Source: Candidatus Thermosaccharophagus yellowstonensis (GTDB lineage Bacteria; Armatimonadota; Fervidibacteria; Fervidibacterales; Thermosaccharophagaceae). Taken from it: DNA of 64,000 nucleotides. The position numbers and the translations under genes are program-made. The number at the start of each line of letters is the position of its first letter. The stretch's first letter is position 1. The notes under the pieces were generated by a model, which made no database searches, had not been told where the DNA came from, and saw nothing but the letters and a program-made list of their open reading frames with translations. Location of the stretch: the NCBI GenBank assembly GCA_041537945.1, contig JBGOEK010000009.1, positions 15,099 through 79,098 on the forward strand, written 5' to 3'. Positions 9,127 through 18,098 of this stretch are shown here, in pieces.

Positions 9127-9891
9127 ATGCGTGGCGAAGGTGAAGGGAAGCCGTCCGATGAGCTTGTCATTGAGCTTGAAGATGTGCACTATATAGCTCC
9201 AGATGGGACGCACATATTGAAGGGCGTTGATTTGAGCGTAAGGCGTGGCGAGATAATGTGCGTCATTGGTGTATCAGGTGCTGGCAAGAGCACATTGCTT
9301 AAACTTGTTGCTGGGCTTCTGCGCCCATCTCAAGGGAGGATAAAAGTCCTTGGCGTTGAGATTTCCTCGCTCCAAGAGCATCAGCTCAACGAAGTGAGGA
9401 AACACCTTGGCGTCGTCTTTCAATTTGGCGCTTTGTTTGACTCCCTCACGGTTTTTGAGAATGTGGCGTTTGGGCTGTATGAGCATACGAGTATGACCCA
9501 TGAGGAGATAAAGAAGCATGTTGAGGAACTGCTTGACACCGTTGGGATGCGCGGGAGCGAGTGGCTCTTACCAGAGGAGTTGAGTGGAGGGATGAAGAAG
9601 AGGGTTGGGATAGCGAGGGCTTTAGCGATGCGACCCGAGATAGTGCTTTACGATGAGCCCACAAGCGGTTTAGACCCGATAATGGCAAGCGCAATTAACA
9701 GGCTCATTTTGGACACGCGAAGGAAGTTCAATGTGACATCGCTCATAGTGACACATGACATGCGCAGTGCATTTGAGCTCGCCGATAGAATAGCGATGTT
9801 GCACGACGGCAGGATATTGCTCTGTGGTCCTCCCGATGTCATCAAAGCGAGCAAAGAGCCAATTGTGCAAAAGTTTATCTCTGGAGGGTAG
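9127..9891 (+). CDS. mlaF: Mla-type ABC transporter ATP-binding protein MlaF
   Basis: 254 aa. Walker A 'GVSGAGKST', signature 'LSGGMKKRVGIARAL', Walker B 'VLYDEPTSGLD'. Sits directly between mlaE and the MCE protein. Confidence 0.85.
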   Translation: MRGEGEGKPSDELVIELEDVHYIAPDGTHILKGVDLSVRRGEIMCVIGVSGAGKSTLLKLVAGLLRPSQGRIKVLGVEISSLQEHQLNEVRKHLGVVFQFGALFDSLTVFENVAFGLYEHTSMTHEEIKKHVEELLDTVGMRGSEWLLPEELSGGMKKRVGIARALAMRPEIVLYDEPTSGLDPIMASAINRLILDTRRKFNVTSLIVTHDMRSAFELADRIAMLHDGRILLCGPPDVIKASKEPIVQKFISGG

Positions 9892-9907
9892 TTGAGGTGA
9901 ACAAAGC

Positions 9908-11728
9908 ATGCAGCGTAGCACCGAAGTGAAGATCGGGGCGCTCGTATTGGTGGCGTTGGCGTTATTCATAGCTGTTGTCTTCTTCCTTCATCCGACTGGG
10001 TGGTTCAAGCGTGGCATGCGATTCACAATCGTTGTTGAAAACGCTCACGGTCTAAGGGCTGGCTCTGAAGTCTATGTCCAAGGTGTGAAGGTGGGCGTTG
10101 TGAAAGGGATTTCGTTTCGGCGTGATGGTAAAGTTGCTGTCAGAGTGCTTGTCCAGGAGGATGTGCCAATATACTCAAACTCAAGATTTGCCATACGCAT
10201 CCATCCACTTCTTGGGCAAGCATATGTGAGCATTGAAGCACCCGAGGTGGCTCGAGGGCTTAAGAGGTTATCGTCTGGGGCTACTGTGAGGGGGATTGAA
10301 CCAGTTGAGCTTGAGGAGGTTCTACCACGGGCGAAGACACTCGTTGAGCGCTTGGACAGAGTCGCAACCTCACTTGAAAGCTTAATCGGTGATAGGGCTT
10401 TGCAACGCTCCATAAGGAGTGTCTTCAACGACCTTTCTGCGGTGGCTTCAGAGTTGCGTGAACTCGTAGCTGACAAAAAGCTTGCTACAAGCATGGCGAG
10501 GGCGGTAACTCACATTGAGAGCGTAGCTGAACAGCTTGATCAGCTAACGAGTGACAAAGGCTTGCGTAGGGCTTTGACGATGACGCTCTCGAACACCGCA
10601 GTTGCGACTGATAGCTTAAAGCGCCTTTTATCGGATAAACGCCTGAGCGAGGGGTTGCCGAAGCTCGTCGCCAATTTGGAGCGAGCGAGTTCGGAGCTTC
10701 ATAGCTTGCTCTCGGATAAAGAGCTACGAGGCAGTCTGGTGAAGGCGGTGAGCAACATTGAGAAGGCATCACAACAACTCAACGAACTCCTCTCCGATAA
10801 GGACTTGATTGAGGACTTGCGTATGGCACTTTCAAATCTTAACGAGGCGAGCGGGGCGCTGTCACAGCTTCTTTCGGACAAGGAACTCAAAGCGAGGATA
10901 AGCGACACGCTCGCCAAGGCTGAAAAGCTTTTCGAGGCAGGCTCAAAAGGCGTTGGTGAGTTTGAGAAGGCAGTTTCAGAGCTTCGCCAGTTGATAGCCG
11001 AGAACAGGGAGAACATAAAGCGCATCACAGCAAAGCTGACTGAGCTTTCGGAGCATCTTGAGGAGACAGCCAAAACGGTGAATTGGTTGTTGACCGAGGG
11101 TGGCGTTGGGCAAAATGTAGCCGAGGCTGTGGCGAGCTTGCGCAAGTCAGCTGAGAATGTGCGGGAGTTGACCGCTAACCTCAAGGAGATATCTTCGGAT
11201 GAGGAGTTCAAGAAAGGTGTTAAGCAAGCCATGATGAAGGTGGCTGAGGCTTCCGAGAGCATCCAAAACCTTGCAAAGCGTAGCGAACAGCTTGTGACCG
11301 ACATACAGCGCCCAGTCAGCGAATTCATAAGGTTGCGTTTCCAGCCATCCATCTCCATTTGGCATGCTGGCGAGCGCGGGATAGGTGATGCCGAGGTTGT
11401 CATAGCATCGCCATACAGGCGCACATTCGGTTTGATCGGCGTGCACGATTTCACAGGCAAAGGGTATGTGAATGCTCAGTTTGGGCAATGGGTTTCAGAT
11501 AGCCTTGCAATTCGTCTTGGGGCATATCGTTCGGAGTTGGGGGCGGGTGTTGATTGGCGTTTCAGAGGTGGAACGCTCTCGCTTAATGCCTATGATGCAA
11601 GCCGTCCGAATTACAATGCGTGGTTGCGTCTGAGGTTGCTTGATCATCTTCACCTGCGCATCGGCGTTGAAGACATCCGTGGTGGTGGCAAGTTCGGTGG
11701 CGGTATAGAATGGCGTTTTGGTGAATGA
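9908..11728 (+). CDS. mlaD: Elongated MlaD/MCE-domain protein with long helical repeat region and beta-rich C-terminal domain
   Basis: 606 aa. N-terminal TM 'IGALVLVALALFIAVVFFL'. MCE domain 'GLRAGSEVYVQGVKVGVVKGISF'. ~300 aa of helical 27-residue repeats. C-terminal ~130 aa have alternating hydrophobic/polar beta-strand-like pattern ('LSLNAYDASRPNYNAWLRLRLLDHLHLRIGVEDI...GGGIEWRFGE'). ATG at 9908 lies 8 nt after GAGGTGA. Confidence 0.75.
   Translation: MQRSTEVKIGALVLVALALFIAVVFFLHPTGWFKRGMRFTIVVENAHGLRAGSEVYVQGVKVGVVKGISFRRDGKVAVRVLVQEDVPIYSNSRFAIRIHPLLGQAYVSIEAPEVARGLKRLSSGATVRGIEPVELEEVLPRAKTLVERLDRVATSLESLIGDRALQRSIRSVFNDLSAVASELRELVADKKLATSMARAVTHIESVAEQLDQLTSDKGLRRALTMTLSNTAVATDSLKRLLSDKRLSEGLPKLVANLERASSELHSLLSDKELRGSLVKAVSNIEKASQQLNELLSDKDLIEDLRMALSNLNEASGALSQLLSDKELKARISDTLAKAEKLFEAGSKGVGEFEKAVSELRQLIAENRENIKRITAKLTELSEHLEETAKTVNWLLTEGGVGQNVAEAVASLRKSAENVRELTANLKEISSDEEFKKGVKQAMMKVAEASESIQNLAKRSEQLVTDIQRPVSEFIRLRFQPSISIWHAGERGIGDAEVVIASPYRRTFGLIGVHDFTGKGYVNAQFGQWVSDSLAIRLGAYRSELGAGVDWRFRGGTLSLNAYDASRPNYNAWLRLRLLDHLHLRIGVEDIRGGGKFGGGIEWRFGE
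10388..10942 (+). repeat. In-frame 81-bp (27-codon) tandem repeat inside mlaD, about 7 units in exact register
   Basis: Asp of the S/A-D-K/R motif falls at aa 162, 189, 216, 243, 270, 297 and 324 (spacing exactly 27). Example units: 'SDKRLSEGLPKLVANLERASSELHSLL', 'SDKELRGSLVKAVSNIEKASQQLNELL', 'SDKDLIEDLRMALSNLNEASGALSQLL'. More degenerate units continue to about aa 460. Confidence 0.85.
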
Positions 11729-11833
11729 GCATCCATCTCCCTGCAACATGCCCATGTGGCACAATGTAATTTAGAGTGCCAACGCACTCCGTGTCCTCCT
11801 CGTCTTAGGGAGTCTCTTTGGAGGTGTGCTCTG

Positions 11834-12286
11834 ATGAAGGTCATCCTGAGGCAAGATGTCCCAAAGGTCGGAAACAGATACGACATTGTTGAAGTCTCGG
11901 ACGGGTATGCGCGCAACTACCTCATACCGAAGGGGCTTGCCATGCCAGTTACCGAGGCTACGCTTAAACAGCGTGAGAACGAACTCAAGATGTTGAAGGC
12001 GAGGGAGGAGAGGACAGCGGAACGCATGAGGAAACTCAAAGAGCATTTGGAGTCCACAATAATCGAGATCAAAGTGCCAGCTGGTGAGGGTGGCAGGCTC
12101 CACGCTGCAGTTACATCTCAAGAGATAGTCGCTCGGATAAAGGAACAGATTGGGGTTGAGCTTGACAGGCGCCAAGTTGATTTGGAAGAGCCAATTCACA
12201 CTGTAGGTTTGCACAATGTGGCTGTAAGGCTGGGGCAAGGCATAAACGCTATTTTGAAGGTGCGTGTCATAGCCGAGAGCAGTTAG
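11834..12286 (+). CDS. rplI: 50S ribosomal protein L9
   Basis: 'MKVILRQDVPKVGNRYDIVEVSDGYARNYLIPKGLA' is the canonical L9 N-terminus. ATG at 11834 is preceded by GGAGG at 11819-11823. The track ORF start at 11756 is an upstream in-frame extension. Confidence 0.9.
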   Translation: MKVILRQDVPKVGNRYDIVEVSDGYARNYLIPKGLAMPVTEATLKQRENELKMLKAREERTAERMRKLKEHLESTIIEIKVPAGEGGRLHAAVTSQEIVARIKEQIGVELDRRQVDLEEPIHTVGLHNVAVRLGQGINAILKVRVIAESS

Positions 12287-12301
12287 AGGTGAAGTGATTG
12301 T

Positions 12302-13693
12302 ATGGTAGCCACAAGCGTAGAAAGGGCGATGCCTCATAGCATTGATGCGGAGCAGGCGGTCTTGGGCGCAATGATGATAGACAGGGAAGCCACAGCCCAA
12401 GTTACCACCATGCTTGAACCGGATGACTTTTATTTTGAGCACCATCGCATCATCTACGAAATCATAAGGAAGCTTTATGAGCGTGGCGCTTCAACTGACA
12501 TGGTTACAGTAGTGGAGGAGTTGAGGCGGCTCAAATTGCTTGATAGCATTGGCGGAACGCGATACATCTCGGCGTTGGTTGAGAGTTGCCCAGCGACCGT
12601 AAGCGCAACTGACTATGCTCGCATAGTGATGGAGAAGTCAATCCTGCGCAAGTTGATAAGCACTGCCACATCGATCGCCAATTGGGCATTTGAGCAAGAA
12701 GAGGATGCAGACACGATAATCGATAGGGCTGAGGCTGCCATATTGAGCATCGGGCAAAGGCGTCTTGGCTGTCACTATGAACCACTGCAAGGCTTGCTCA
12801 AAGACGCATGGGAAAGGATAGAGAGGCATTACTCGCTTGGTGGTGTCCTGACTGGTCTACCCACAGGTTTTAGGTTGCTTGATTACTGGACTGGCGGGTT
12901 GCACCCTTCTGAGTTGATTGTAGTGGCAGCGCGTCCTGGCATAGGGAAGACATCGTTTGCGCTGTGCATAGCGCTCAATGTAGCGTTAAGGGAGAAACAA
13001 GTCGTGGTCATCTTCAGTCTGGAGATGTCGAAGCAGGAACTCATTCAACGCATGCTGTGCACTTATGCGCTTGTGAACCTACACCAGATGAGGCGCACAT
13101 CAATCCAAGATGAAGATCTGGAGAAGCTCGCGAGAGCCTGTGAAGACCTTTACAGCGCACCGATTTACATAGTTGATTCAGCAGACCTGTCACCGTTTGA
13201 AATAAGGGCTCTTTCAAGGAGGCTGAAGGCTGAGAGGGGGCTTGGGCTCATCATAGTTGACTACTTACAGCTCGTCAGACCACCGAGGAAGGCTGACACG
13301 CGGGCGCAAGAGGTCGGCGAGATAGCTCGCTCCCTAAAGCTACTCGCAAGGGAATTGAATGTGCCGGTGATGGCGCTCTCTCAACTCTCAAGAGCTGTGG
13401 AGCATCGCCCAGGAAGACGCCCTATGCTCGCTGACTTGCGTGACAGTGGAGCTATAGAAGCCGAGGCGGATGTGGTCATATTCCTTCACAGGGAGGGTGA
13501 TGAGGAGAAGTCAGGTAGGGGCAAAAGCAAAAAAGAGGACTCCGAGAAAGACCAGAAGGAAGTCGTTGACATTGAAGTGTTCATAGCGAAGCAGAGGAGC
13601 GGTCCGACAACCAGTTTCACGATGAAGTTCGATAAGCGATACACTCGCTTCGCCGATGTAGCGCCTGATATGGAGACTCCCCCTCAACCTTAA
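12302..13693 (+). CDS. dnaB: Replicative DNA helicase DnaB
   Basis: 463 aa. 'MPHSIDAEQAVLGAMM', Walker A 'ARPGIGKTSFAL', 'IIVDYLQL', 'ALSQLSRAVE'. The rplI-dnaB order is widespread synteny. Length is normal, so no intein. Confidence 0.9.
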   Translation: MVATSVERAMPHSIDAEQAVLGAMMIDREATAQVTTMLEPDDFYFEHHRIIYEIIRKLYERGASTDMVTVVEELRRLKLLDSIGGTRYISALVESCPATVSATDYARIVMEKSILRKLISTATSIANWAFEQEEDADTIIDRAEAAILSIGQRRLGCHYEPLQGLLKDAWERIERHYSLGGVLTGLPTGFRLLDYWTGGLHPSELIVVAARPGIGKTSFALCIALNVALREKQVVVIFSLEMSKQELIQRMLCTYALVNLHQMRRTSIQDEDLEKLARACEDLYSAPIYIVDSADLSPFEIRALSRRLKAERGLGLIIVDYLQLVRPPRKADTRAQEVGEIARSLKLLARELNVPVMALSQLSRAVEHRPGRRPMLADLRDSGAIEAEADVVIFLHREGDEEKSGRGKSKKEDSEKDQKEVVDIEVFIAKQRSGPTTSFTMKFDKRYTRFADVAPDMETPPQP

Positions 13694-13729
13694 ATGCGCC
13701 TTAGCTTACGCCAACGCTTTTTCAAAGTT

Positions 13730-15079
13730 TCAATGCCTCACCTTCATCATGTAGTCTGACAGCTCTCCCTCAAACTTTGGTGAGTGCTCCTTGTTGTGGC
13801 ATGTTGTGCAGACTCTCTTCGGATCAACCCTTGGTGGACGAGCCCTCTCCGAGGGCATCTGCCCATGCTCTTTCACCTTGATTGGGTCTTTGAGTTCAAG
13901 GTGACATGATACGCATTCAACGCCGTAGCCTTCGCTGACATTGGTTAGGAGTTTCGTCTGCCTGAACTCCTCTGAATGGCATTGCAAGCATTCTGGCTCA
14001 ACACGGTTCTTTTCGACGAGCGTCAGGATGGCTTTTGCGTGTTTCGTAGTGAGCCACTGCCGATATTGTGCCTCATGGCATTTTGAGCATTCCTTCGGGG
14101 ACATGTATTCCTTCCTCTTAACACGCCTCACAAGTGAACTCCACTCCTCCCTCAACCTCTTCTGCCTTTCCCTGTAGTATGAGCTGACGAGTTTCTCCAC
14201 TTTCTCATCTGGTGGACTTGCGGGTGGAACTGCGAGTTGTGTTAGTCTGACAACGCTTGCTTTGCCTCTGCGTAGCCATATGTTCACGATGGGCATAGGT
14301 TGTAGCACATCTGTAAGCATGAGCATGTAAACGCCAAATCGTCTCTCCAGCTTGTTCTCCCTTTGCGTCTCGGGTGTATCATGGTTGATCACAAGCGTTA
14401 TGTGCTTTTTAGCGTCACTCACTTTCAGCACACGCTCAAGCTCCTCCAACTGCCAGTGGTTGATGAGTATGACAGCGTTTGCTTCCTTTGCGACTGCCTC
14501 AATGTCCCTCTCCACCTCTTTCCATTTTTCGTCAACCGCTTTTTTCTGTGGTTGCACGCCGGTTGTGACGAAGGCAACCGTGAAGTTTTGGCGCTTGATC
14601 ACCCACGACGGTTTACATGTTTCGCTTGTGCCAGTTGGGCAGGCATCCCTCGCTATGAGCTTTGTGCCGAGCGTCTTCGCATATGAGCTCACTTCATCAA
14701 TGTATCTGCGCTCACCTTCGGCTACCGCTACGATGTCGTATCCGAGCATCTTGAAAGAGCGCATCGCCACCTCAACCGATTTCCTATCGCCGACGAACTC
14801 GCCTGACTCAACGAGTATGAGCCTCTTTCGCCTCTCAGTGTTGTTCAGCAGTTGCCTTATGACGGAAGCTCTTATCGGCAAGCTCTGCAGTCTCTCCCCA
14901 GGGCAACCACAAAGCTCAAAGCGTCCCCGCATCTTCCCCGTCACAAGCAATTCAATATCTGGTGGGCGGACGGAGGGCTTCTGCGACATGATTATTGCAT
15001 TGACGATGACGCCAATCACTACTATCGCCACAAGCGCAAGAAGGAGGATATGGGTTGAGCGAAGTCCCATCCACTTCAC
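13730..15079 (-). CDS. Membrane-anchored tetraheme c-type cytochrome with an uncharacterised ~290-aa N-terminal domain
   Basis: 449 aa. N-terminal TM anchor. Four CxxCH motifs in the last ~125 aa: CSKCH (aa 331), CLQCH (364), CVSCH (389), CTTCH (424). 'CSKCHEAQYRQWLTTKHAKA' resembles cytochrome c554/multiheme family starts. The N-terminal domain contains 'GKMRGRFELCGCPG'. Confidence 0.7.
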   Translation of the reverse strand: MKWMGLRSTHILLLALVAIVVIGVIVNAIIMSQKPSVRPPDIELLVTGKMRGRFELCGCPGERLQSLPIRASVIRQLLNNTERRKRLILVESGEFVGDRKSVEVAMRSFKMLGYDIVAVAEGERRYIDEVSSYAKTLGTKLIARDACPTGTSETCKPSWVIKRQNFTVAFVTTGVQPQKKAVDEKWKEVERDIEAVAKEANAVILINHWQLEELERVLKVSDAKKHITLVINHDTPETQRENKLERRFGVYMLMLTDVLQPMPIVNIWLRRGKASVVRLTQLAVPPASPPDEKVEKLVSSYYRERQKRLREEWSSLVRRVKRKEYMSPKECSKCHEAQYRQWLTTKHAKAILTLVEKNRVEPECLQCHSEEFRQTKLLTNVSEGYGVECVSCHLELKDPIKVKEHGQMPSERARPPRVDPKRVCTTCHNKEHSPKFEGELSDYMMKVRH

Positions 15080-15212
15080 TCCTTTGCTGGAAGCTCACAG
15101 TAGCAAAGCCTATCACAATGATTTTGCCACGCCGTGTAGCTGGCTTTGCCTTACCGAGGCGTGCTATGGTGATGTCTGAGGAAACAATCCAACGCTTTCA
15201 AGTGACCCTAAG

Positions 15213-15809
15213 TTGAAAGGGGTGGTTCGCTTGCCTGCAGACCTGACTGAGAGGACGATAGAGAGCAAGCGCGTTTACGAGGGTAGGGTGGTGAACTTGC
15301 GAGTTGATACTGTCATGTTGCCAGACGGGCGCATAACGACAAGGGAGATAGTTGAGCATCGCGGTGCTGTCGCTATTGTGCCCATGGTATCGCAGGAGAG
15401 GGTCATACTCATAAGGCAGTTCAGGAAACCCGCCAACGAGAACTTGCTTGAGATACCAGCGGGCACTCTGGCGGAAGGCGAGACGCCGATTGAGTGCGCA
15501 AGAAGGGAGCTCGTTGAGGAAATAGGATACAGCCCTGGGAAGTTGGAGGAGCTCTTCTCAATCTACCTTGCACCTGGGTATAGCACGGAGAAGTTGCATG
15601 TGTTTTTGGCGAGCGACCTCAAGCCTGAGGAGAGGAAGCTTGATGAGGAGGAATTCATTGAAGTCGTCGAGATGACGCTTGACGAAGCCATCTCGCAGAT
15701 TGAAGCTGGCGCAATAAAGGACGCAAAGACGATTTGTGGGTTGTTGCTAACATGGTATCGCTTGCACCGAGGCGGTGAACAAAAAACGGGTGATAGCGGT
15801 GGCTCATAA
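15213..15809 (+). CDS. NUDIX hydrolase, ADP-ribose pyrophosphatase-like
   Basis: 198 aa. Nudix box 'GTLAEGETPIECARRELVEEIGY'. The N-terminal 'VYEGRVVNLRVDTVMLPDG' is typical of NudF-type enzymes. Start is uncertain: TTG at 15213 or TTG at 15231, the latter after AAAGGGG. Confidence 0.7.
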   Translation: MKGVVRLPADLTERTIESKRVYEGRVVNLRVDTVMLPDGRITTREIVEHRGAVAIVPMVSQERVILIRQFRKPANENLLEIPAGTLAEGETPIECARRELVEEIGYSPGKLEELFSIYLAPGYSTEKLHVFLASDLKPEERKLDEEEFIEVVEMTLDEAISQIEAGAIKDAKTICGLLLTWYRLHRGGEQKTGDSGGS

Positions 15810-16956
15810 GAATCCAAGCAACCGCAAGGTCCGCATCATGGTTACCTTTGGGACACGCCCTGAGTGCATAAAGCTCGCCCCAGTCATTAACGCTCTAAGG
15901 CAACGCGATGAGTTTGAACTCATCCTGACCGTCACAGCTCAACATAGGGAGATGCTTGATCAGTTCTTGGACTTCTTCGGTCTGCGCCCCGACTACGATT
16001 TGAACATCATGCAACATGGTCAAAGCTTGAGCCAGTTAACATCTCGTGCCCTTTTAGGGCTTACCGAGGTGCTCAATTCGGAGAAGGTTGATATGGTGAT
16101 AGTTCAAGGCGACACCACAACGGCGTTTGCTGCAGCGCTCACAGCATACTACGAGCGTATACCCATAGCGCATGTTGAAGCTGGTTTGAGGACGAAGGAT
16201 AAGTTCCAACCGTTCCCAGAGGAGATAAACAGGCGCTTCATAGGTGTTGTCGCTGATGTGCATTTTGCGCCGACACCGAAAGCCAAGCTGAACCTGCTGA
16301 AAGAGGGTGTTGATGAGCACAGTATATTCGTCACGGGGAACACAGTCGTTGATGCGCTCATTGAATGCTTGAAGCGCCTGCCACCACCTTCCGAAGCGGG
16401 TGAACGCCTGTTGCTCGTAACAGCACACAGGCGCGAGAATTGGGGTGAGCCTTTGAAGCGCATATGTAGGGCACTCTTGAAAGTCCTTAACGAGTTCAGC
16501 GATGTCAGGGTGGTCTTCCCGATGCACAAAAACCCACTCGTTAGAGAGATTGCCACTTCGTATCTTGGAGCGCACACGAGGGTTGAGTTGATTGAACCAC
16601 CTGACTACTTTGGCTTCGTTCAACTCATGCGCACTGCATACATAATCGTGACCGATTCAGGTGGCGTTCAGGAGGAGGCACCGACGCTTGGAAAACCCGT
16701 CTTGGTGCTTCGAGATGTGACGGAGCGTCCCGAGGGTGTTGAGGCTGGCGTGGTTAAGCTCGTTGGGACGGATGAGACAACGATATCAAGCGAGTTGAGC
16801 CGATTGCTCACTGATGAACATGCATATGCTTCAATGGCTCGTTGCGTCAATCCATATGGTGATGGGAAAGCGTCCGAGAGGATAGTTCAAGCACTGCTAT
16901 ACTTCTTCGGGTTCTGCGAAGAGCGCCCAATCGATTTCAAACCGATGGTGAGCTGA
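15775..16956 (+). CDS. wecB: UDP-N-acetylglucosamine 2-epimerase (non-hydrolysing)
   Basis: 393 aa. 'VTFGTRPECIKLAPV', 'HVEAGLRT', 'PFPEEINRR', 'VTDSGGVQEEAPTLGKPVLVLRDVTERPEG'. Start is uncertain; the ORF overlaps the NUDIX gene by 35 nt. Confidence 0.85.
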   Translation: MNKKRVIAVAHKNPSNRKVRIMVTFGTRPECIKLAPVINALRQRDEFELILTVTAQHREMLDQFLDFFGLRPDYDLNIMQHGQSLSQLTSRALLGLTEVLNSEKVDMVIVQGDTTTAFAAALTAYYERIPIAHVEAGLRTKDKFQPFPEEINRRFIGVVADVHFAPTPKAKLNLLKEGVDEHSIFVTGNTVVDALIECLKRLPPPSEAGERLLLVTAHRRENWGEPLKRICRALLKVLNEFSDVRVVFPMHKNPLVREIATSYLGAHTRVELIEPPDYFGFVQLMRTAYIIVTDSGGVQEEAPTLGKPVLVLRDVTERPEGVEAGVVKLVGTDETTISSELSRLLTDEHAYASMARCVNPYGDGKASERIVQALLYFFGFCEERPIDFKPMVS

Positions 16957-16958
16957 CG

Positions 16959-17993
16959 ATGCCATCTGTGGCGGCGAGATGTAAATGGCTGAAACGGATT
17001 TTGTTGTCTTCATCCATTGCCATGTCGCTATGTGCCATTCTCACTTTAGCGTTCATATCGATGCCGTATGGGCGTTGTGGCGAACCTATAAGACGATTTG
17101 AGTTTGCGCAACTGCACATGGGTGTGAAGGTGCGCATCGTCGTTTACGCTGATAGCATGGAAAGGGCAGAAGATGGTTGCAGGGCTGCTTTCAAGAGGAT
17201 AGCCGAGCTTGAGGACATCTTCAGCGACTATCGTCAGAGGAGCGAAGTGATGCGCTTATGCGCCTGTTCTGGTGGTCACCCTGTTAAGGTGAGCGATGAA
17301 TTGTTTTGCGTCCTTGAGCTGGCGCAGAAGTTGGCAGAACTGACGGATGGCGCTTTCGATGTGACTGTAGGACCGCTAACTCACTTGTGGAGGAACGCAA
17401 GAGCAAAAGGGCGATTGCCATCGCAGGAGGAGGTGAAAGACGCTCTCAAAAAAGTCGGCTGGAAGAAGATGCGCCTTGATGCCACTTCAAGGACTGTTCA
17501 ATTGCTTGAGAGCGGGATGCTCCTTGATCTCGGAGGGATCGCAAAAGGCTTTATCATTGATTGCGCAATAGATGTGCTCAAGCGAAAAGGCTTGTGTAGC
17601 GCGCTCATTGAAGCGGGCGGTGATATCGTCGTTGGCGATCCACCGCCAAATAGCGAAGGGTGGAAGATAGCTCTTCCATATGCCACATCGGGTGTGGATG
17701 GATGCGATGGGAAAATAGTTTTAGCTAATGCTGCTGTCTCAACATCGGGCGATGTTGAGCAGTTCTTTGAATTCGGTGGCTCAAGATACTCTCACATCGT
17801 TGATCCACGCTCAGGCTTCATTGAGGCTAAAGGTGTTGTTGCAACGGTTGTTGCACCAAACGGCACAATCGCAGACCCGCTTGCAACAATACTTTATATG
17901 CTCGGTGACATGGAACGCTTCCGTCATATCGTTGTTAAGCTTCTTGGTGAGCGCTCGCAACATGTTAAGGCGTTCTTGTTTAGGGTGCGATAG
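16959..17993 (+). CDS. apbE: FAD:protein FMN transferase (ApbE family)
   Basis: 344 aa. N-terminal hydrophobic signal/anchor. 'GAFDVTVGPL', 'DLGGIAKGF', 'ALIEAGGDI', 'AVSTSGD', 'SHIVDPRSG' are ApbE family motifs. Confidence 0.8.
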   Translation: MPSVAARCKWLKRILLSSSIAMSLCAILTLAFISMPYGRCGEPIRRFEFAQLHMGVKVRIVVYADSMERAEDGCRAAFKRIAELEDIFSDYRQRSEVMRLCACSGGHPVKVSDELFCVLELAQKLAELTDGAFDVTVGPLTHLWRNARAKGRLPSQEEVKDALKKVGWKKMRLDATSRTVQLLESGMLLDLGGIAKGFIIDCAIDVLKRKGLCSALIEAGGDIVVGDPPPNSEGWKIALPYATSGVDGCDGKIVLANAAVSTSGDVEQFFEFGGSRYSHIVDPRSGFIEAKGVVATVVAPNGTIADPLATILYMLGDMERFRHIVVKLLGERSQHVKAFLFRVR

Positions 17994-18098
17994 GTTGGGG
18001 CGCTTGAAAGGGAGTTTGCATGGCTGAGCTTTCGGGTGGCAACCAGTTTACACTGCTTTGAGCATGCGCTATGTTTTGGTAAAAAGCGTCGTTAGCAA

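Noticed and set aside
10388-10942. Regular 81-bp periodicity that could be mistaken for a CRISPR-like or intergenic tandem repeat array.
   Set aside because: It is in-frame coding sequence of mlaD. The repeats are conserved at the protein level but diverged at the DNA level. There are no spacer/repeat structure and no cas genes.
10699-11460. 253-aa ORF on the minus strand antisense to mlaD. Similar long antisense ORFs occur at 11771-12445, 14352-15179, 16054-16623, 27405-28088, 36624-37220, 46628-47227, 47387-48166 and 48622-49182.
   Set aside because: Each lies entirely opposite a gene with clear family motifs. Their translations are low-complexity (Ser/Arg/Cys/Pro-rich) with no recognisable motifs. 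These are typical shadow ORFs of moderately GC-rich coding DNA.
11797-11823. CCTCC (11797-11801) and GGAGG (11819-11823) could pair and sequester the rplI Shine-Dalgarno sequence. A nearby TGGCAC...GTGCCA hairpin was also noted.
   Set aside because: The stems are only 5-6 bp and have no supporting covariation data, so they are easily explained by chance.
12302-13693. dnaB checked for an intein insertion. The whole window was also checked for transposases, integrases, tRNA/rRNA genes and CRISPR repeats.
   Set aside because: DnaB has normal length and contiguous motifs. No ORF shows transposase, integrase or Cas motifs. No gap is long enough for an rRNA, and none shows tRNA-like cloverleaf sequence by eye.
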